Source: a virus
Lineage: Duplodnaviria; Heunggongvirae; Uroviricota; Caudoviricetes
Strand: one strand, 5' to 3'
DNA length: 31,378 nucleotides
IMG/VR virus record: IMGVR_UViG_2648501787_000011
Span: 1 to 31,378 of that record
The position numbers were made by a program, and so were the translations under genes. The notes under the pieces were generated by a model. That model saw only the letters and a list, made by a program, of their open reading frames with translations, had not been told where the DNA came from and ran no database searches. Each line of letters opens with the position of its first letter. Position 1 is the first letter of the stretch. Below are positions 27,119 to 31,378 of this stretch, in pieces.

Positions 27119-29107
27119 TTAAATGGCTTTTTTACGTCTGTTCTGTTCCAGAATATCCAGCGAATGATTCAGATATTCATCACGATCAGTTTCATATTCA
27201 TCATCGGGTTCCTGGTATTTCACCTGCACCGTGTTACCGGAAGGCCGGAAAATACCAACAACCCTTGATTCTGGCGCTGCTGCTTCGGCTATCTGCGGCA
27301 GCAGTTCAGCAACTTCCAGCGCGTCCATTTGCTTCTGCGCCTTAATGGCTGCTTTAGTTGCAGATTTCAGTTGTTTCTGGCGGCGGCGATATTCGCGGCC
27401 TGCCGCAGCATCATTAAATGCAACAGGTGCCAGACATTCCGCTTCACAGATAAACCGACCGTCCAGGGTGTAACAATAAACCGTGCTGTGTAACTGCTGT
27501 GGATCAAACCTGACCACAACTTTTTTCACGCCGGCATTCATTAACGCCATGTTGTAATAAACGTTTTTCGCGCCTTTAAGGGAGCCGCCAACTTTAAGCG
27601 TAAACTCGCCTTTGCGTGAAACGTTCACCGCCTCGGCAGGCAGTAACAGCATCCGTTTTTGTTCTTCGGTTGGCTTACGCACAATCGTTCTGGCGTATTC
27701 ACGCTCGAAAACATCATCAAACGAGAGTTTGCCCCCGCACATTTCTGTTTCACGGCCTGTTCTGGCATTGAACATCGCAACACCTTCAGCAAGGGTTTTC
27801 AGAAACAGCTCTGCATCAACAGCACGGTCGCCATAGTTATCAGGTTTTGCCTGCGGATTTGGCCCCGTATATGCGCCAGCCAGTGCCGGATGCTTATCAA
27901 TGTATTCTTCAAGCCCACCAACACCGAAAGCGCGTTCAACAGGTTTTGCCTGGCCCCAGCCTTTACCGGCAACAACGCTTGTCCAGTGCATTTTTGCGCC
28001 CATCAGTAAAAACAGCCCCTTTGGATCGTCCTCTTTCACTTTAAAGCGGTAACGATTGGGCGCGCCCCCCGTCAGCCATTTATTCGCTGCACCACGGGTG
28101 TTATCAATGGTGATGTGAAAATCTTCCGGGATGCCGTAGCGTGTCACCACATCCATGAATGAGAGGCGAATTGAATCGATGTTCTCGCTTACATCGCAGC
28201 GCCAGCCCAGAATTTTTCGGGTTTTCACATCCTGCCAGAACCATGTTTTCGGGCGGATCACATCACCGTTAAACCAGCGTACAAAGACGTTATGCAGATA
28301 ACCGTCGCCGTTGATCCACTGCATGGCGTCCAGGTGTTCCACAGTTCGCTGCTGTGCCGGTATCAGATGCATCAGTGCATGTTCACCTTCACGGCAGGCA
28401 ACAACCATTGCCTCGTCCAGTTGTTGAATCCGGCGAAAGGCCGTGGCACGGGAGGGAATACTCCAGCCATGCTCGCGGGCTGCCAGTTCCAGACGCTCAT
28501 AACATTTGCGGAAGGCGGGTTTTTCCGGTCGCAGATAATCTGCAATCAGAAACTGCCAGGCATCCTCGTCAAATTCACTTTTGTGAACGTTGCGACGAGA
28601 TGCACCACGTCCATCAACAAGTGCAGCCGCCCAGTCAGGCTTCGCAAACTTCTGTACCTGGTAATACTTGTCCCGCAAAGTGGATGCGCTGACCTGGTAA
28701 TGGCCTGCAACGGTCGCAAATGCCGTTTTCGTTGAAATCCCCTGGTTCAGCATTTCGTCTGCAGCCTGAACCGCAGGCAACCATTTTTCAGCAAGTCTGC
28801 GCTGGGAATCGCTGGCGTTATCCCATTTGCTCCACAGTGCCTCACGATCATAATCATGGGCTTCCAGCGTGGGGCGGGCGATTTCAAAACGGCCCTGGCT
28901 TGTTTCAATTCTCCCTTGTTGCAACAGAATTTCAGCACGTAATGTGACAGGAAATGATTTGATATTGAATTCAAATGATACACCTTTAGTTCCTGCAACC
29001 TGCCTGAACTCCCAGCCTTCTCTTTGTGCCTTACGTGTAATGTTAGTGGCTTGCTTTGGTAAACCTGCCAAACCGAGCAACTCTTTTGCTGTATACCATT
29101 CTTTCAT
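27119..29107 (-). CDS. A: DDE transposase A (MuA), D108-type N-terminal domain
   Basis: 662 aa; from about residue 70 onward recognised as Mu A; first ~65 aa differ from Mu and resemble the c repressor N-terminus in this window. Confidence 0.95.
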
Positions 29108-29114
29108 AGCGCAC

Positions 29115-29336
29115 CTAGTATCGAGACGGCCAAATATCTTGCGGTGTCATTCCCAGTGCATCTGCAATGATTTTCTCCGCTTTCGGATATCTCTTATCCA
29201 AAGCATTTTTTAATGTTGAAGACGAAAGATGATTAGATCTTCCCAATTCAGCTAGTGACATATTGCGTTTTCGTAGCGCTGCAACGATGTCAGCTCTGTG
29301 CCAATCTTGGCTGTTAGTTCTTTTATTCATATGCAT
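29115..29336 (-). CDS. ner: Ner DNA-binding regulator
   Basis: 73 aa (D108 Ner length as I recall it; Mu Ner is 75 aa); conserved DWHRADI..A.L...ELGR and IWPSRY C-terminus; first early gene upstream of A. Confidence 0.9.
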
Positions 29337-29521
29337 TTCATGTAATCCTTTCAGATTCCCCCGTGAGCTACGCTATAAAGTAGCTCACGGCATATCGTGC
29401 AATGTAGTGTGGAATCACTTTCAAATCAATAGTGATTTGAGAGGATTTACCGCAATTTTGCATAACGGCATGATTTTTATATGAATTTATTTTATCTCTA
29501 TTGAAATCACTAGGATTTTAA
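29337..29521. promoter_or_regulatory. Immunity/operator region between ner and c (divergent promoters, Ner and repressor sites)
   Basis: Perfect inverted repeat CCGTGAGCTAC-N8-GTAGCTCACGG at 29361-29390; palindrome TCAAATCA-ATAG-TGATTTGA at 29421-29440; repeated (G)AAATCACT 9-mers at 29411-29419 and 29504-29512; AT-rich stretch at 29470-29500. Confidence 0.7.
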
Positions 29522-30046
29522 ATGATGTCTTTTGAAATCAAAGAATGGTTTAATGCGAAAGAGCTGGAAGGGATGCCTGGTGTACCAAAGTTGGCGACTA
29601 ACATTACCAGGAAAGCTGTGGCGGAAGATTGGGTAAAACGTCAGCGTCACGGTGGGAAAGGTGTCGCTTATGAGTATCACATCAACAGTCTGCCAGAAGA
29701 AACACGCAGGGCCATTAAAGGAGCCTCACTTTCTGATAAACCAGTGCATACATCAATCGCCCATACAGTTGATGAGAGGCTAATTTATGCAATGAGCTTC
29801 TTAACACCAGATGAGCAGGCCGCAGCTGTGGAGATCATTCGTGTAGCAGGGATTAAAGGTCTTATGCCTACAATTGTCAGTAAAGATAAGGCATTAGAGG
29901 CATTAGGGATTACTGTGGAGCAACAGAAAACCCTGCAAACTCTTCAGGCATTACCACCGGAAAAAGTGAGAGAGATTTTGTCTCAGTATGAAGGCAAAGA
30001 ACATAATTTCCCTGTAAGAGAAAACGATGTAAAGAAGGCTGTATAA
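29522..30046 (+). CDS. c: Repressor c (Mu/D108 immunity repressor)
   Basis: 174 aa on opposite strand to early operon, between operator and attL; N-terminus shares a DNA-binding domain with A ([26 protein letters not shown]); C-terminus LPPEKVREILSQYEG...KKAV resembles Mu c. Confidence 0.85.
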   Translation: MMSFEIKEWFNAKELEGMPGVPKLATNITRKAVAEDWVKRQRHGGKGVAYEYHINSLPEETRRAIKGASLSDKPVHTSIAHTVDERLIYAMSFLTPDEQAAAVEIIRVAGIKGLMPTIVSKDKALEALGITVEQQKTLQTLQALPPEKVREILSQYEGKEHNFPVRENDVKKAV

Positions 30047-30179
30047 CAACCAGGTAATGGCTAAGACATAAACTTCACTCCAGGTTATTACATATGTAAG
30101 ATACCCAAACAGTGATGATTGTTTTTGATACACAGCACTTGCTGAAAGCCTGGTTGTTACCGTTTTTGAAGCATTTTTG

Positions 30180-30385
30180 AAGCTGTACTTGAAATGATGC
30201 GTGAAGTAATTGCTTTTCGTGTCTTTAATGAATCAAAAGCTGTTTCCAACAATCTTTCGCGTTTCAAGATGTAACGGCTAAAATCTATCCTACAGGCTTG
30301 CAAGCCCCGCTAAATCTAATCCCGCCAAATCCCGAATAATCCAATGTCCTCCCGGTTTTTTTCGTACTTCACGTGAATCAATACA
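30180..30385 (-). repeat. Mu-type left end (attL) with MuA-binding sites
   Basis: Reverse complement starts TGTATTGATTCACGTGAAGTACGAAAA (L1-like); second site around 30258-30275 contains TGAAACGCGAAAG (L2-like); further CGAAAA repeat inward. Confidence 0.8.
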
Positions 30386-30397
30386 ATGTTCAATTCC

Positions 30398-31378
30398 TTA
30401 CTTACTGATAAGACGGTCAAGGGCGACAGCCGCGATAATTAATCCGCCCATCACCACCAGTTGGTAATAGGTTTGTACCTGCAAAATATTCAGACCGTTG
30501 TTGATGGTGCCGATGATCAACCCGCCAATCACCACAGAGAAAATGCGCCCCTTGCCGCCGAAGAAACTGGTGCCGCCAATGATGGCGCTGGCAATGGCAT
30601 AGGTTTCAAAACCCATACCGGCAAGCGGTTCTGCGGCACCGAGTCGTGCAGTTGAGACGACGCCTGCCAGACCTGCACAAACACCGGAGATGATAAACAC
30701 CACCAGGATGTGGAATTTCACGTCAATCCCGGAATAGAACGCCGAGTTTTTGTTGCCGCCCAGTGCGTAGATGTTGCGCCCGAGCCGCATACGCGTTGTC
30801 AGAAACCAAAGGATGAGCGCGACAATTAGCGAGAAGATAACGGGGACAGGTATCCCAATTACGCTGGCGGCAAAGAAGTTCACGAAGTCAAATGAGAAGC
30901 CGTATACCGAGTTGGCATCGGAGATCACCAGCGTGATCCCACGGAAAATAGCGTTGGTGCCAAGGGTGATAATGAACGGGTGTAGTCCCGTCCAGTTGAC
31001 CAGGCAGCCGTTGATCGCCCCCAGTGCGCCGCCAACCAGTACACCGCCAATCAGCGCCGCGAGAAACGGATCAATACCTGCCAACATCAGTTTAGCGGTC
31101 ACCATACCGGAAAGCGCCAGAATCGCGCCAACCGAAAGGTCGATACCAGCGACCAGGATAGCGAAAAACTCGCCCATGCCGATCAATACCGTCACGGAGC
31201 TTTGCACAAAAATCTGGGTAATATTATTGGTGGTCAGAAAATATTCTGACGACAGCGAACCAAAAATGGCGACGATGATTGCCAGGATAAAAAAGGTGCC
31301 GTATTTATCCCAGAACAGCGCAAAGTTGAACGGTTTCTTCTCGCTCGCTTCGCTTTTTACTCTTGTGGTAAAGCCCAT
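30398..31378 (-). CDS. Host sugar ABC transporter permease (RbsC/AlsC family)
   Basis: 326 aa polytopic membrane protein; start codon is the last 3 nt of the window. Length and family fit a D-allose/ribose-type permease, but the gene name is not verifiable here. Confidence 0.85.
   Translation of the reverse strand: MGFTTRVKSEASEKKPFNFALFWDKYGTFFILAIIVAIFGSLSSEYFLTTNNITQIFVQSSVTVLIGMGEFFAILVAGIDLSVGAILALSGMVTAKLMLAGIDPFLAALIGGVLVGGALGAINGCLVNWTGLHPFIITLGTNAIFRGITLVISDANSVYGFSFDFVNFFAASVIGIPVPVIFSLIVALILWFLTTRMRLGRNIYALGGNKNSAFYSGIDVKFHILVVFIISGVCAGLAGVVSTARLGAAEPLAGMGFETYAIASAIIGGTSFFGGKGRIFSVVIGGLIIGTINNGLNILQVQTYYQLVVMGGLIIAAVALDRLISK

Larger units (their letters stand above)
1..30385 (-). 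mobile_element. Mu/D108-like transposable prophage, partial (left/c end at 30385; right end beyond window start)
   Basis: Minus-strand gene order c/ner/A/B/kil/gam/gemA/mor/lys/terminase/portal/F/I/T/sheath/tube/tape measure/baseplate matches phage Mu. Reverse complement of 30340-30385 is a Mu-type left end starting TGTATTGATTCAC. A and B proteins are recognisably Mu A/B-like. Confidence 0.9.

Noticed and set aside
30045-30158. 10-bp inverted repeat AACAACCAGG / CCTGGTTGTT separated by about 94 bp between c and attL
   Set aside because: Arms too far apart for a simple terminator and not matching the MuA site consensus; significance unclear.
1-31378. CRISPR arrays, tRNA or rRNA genes
   Set aside because: No regularly spaced direct repeats and no tRNA-like or rRNA-like sequence seen by eye; the window is densely protein-coding.

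Overview
The window is almost entirely a Mu/D108-like transposable prophage (positions 1..30385), oriented so that the phage genes read on the minus strand; the last ~1 kb is host DNA carrying a sugar ABC-transporter permease gene. The phage left (c) end is at 30385: the reverse complement of 30340-30385 reads TGTATTGATTCACGTGAAGTACGAAAAAAACCGGGAGGACATTGG, a Mu-type attL. Reading from there: c repressor (+ strand), operator region, then on the minus strand ner, transposase A, B, kil, an accessory early block including gam, gemA and mor, a lysis cluster, terminase, portal, head genes, sheath, tube, tape measure, baseplate, and a partial tail-fibre ORF that runs off position 1. The right end (gin/mom, attR) is not in the window. 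Ner length (73 aa) and the divergent N-terminus of A point to the D108 immunity type rather than Mu itself; this is from memory, not a database search. Most worth a second look: (1) the slot where Mu carries the late activator C is occupied by an AT-rich signal-peptide gene translationally coupled to mor, and no second Mor/C-like ORF is visible; (2) two identical terminator hairpins sit in front of the lys and I operons; (3) the gp48-like baseplate protein carries seven 17-aa tandem repeats and is followed by an AT-rich fibre ORF; (4) AT-rich accessory ORFs in the early region. I found no tRNA, rRNA or CRISPR array. All functional calls rest on gene order, size and motifs read by eye.
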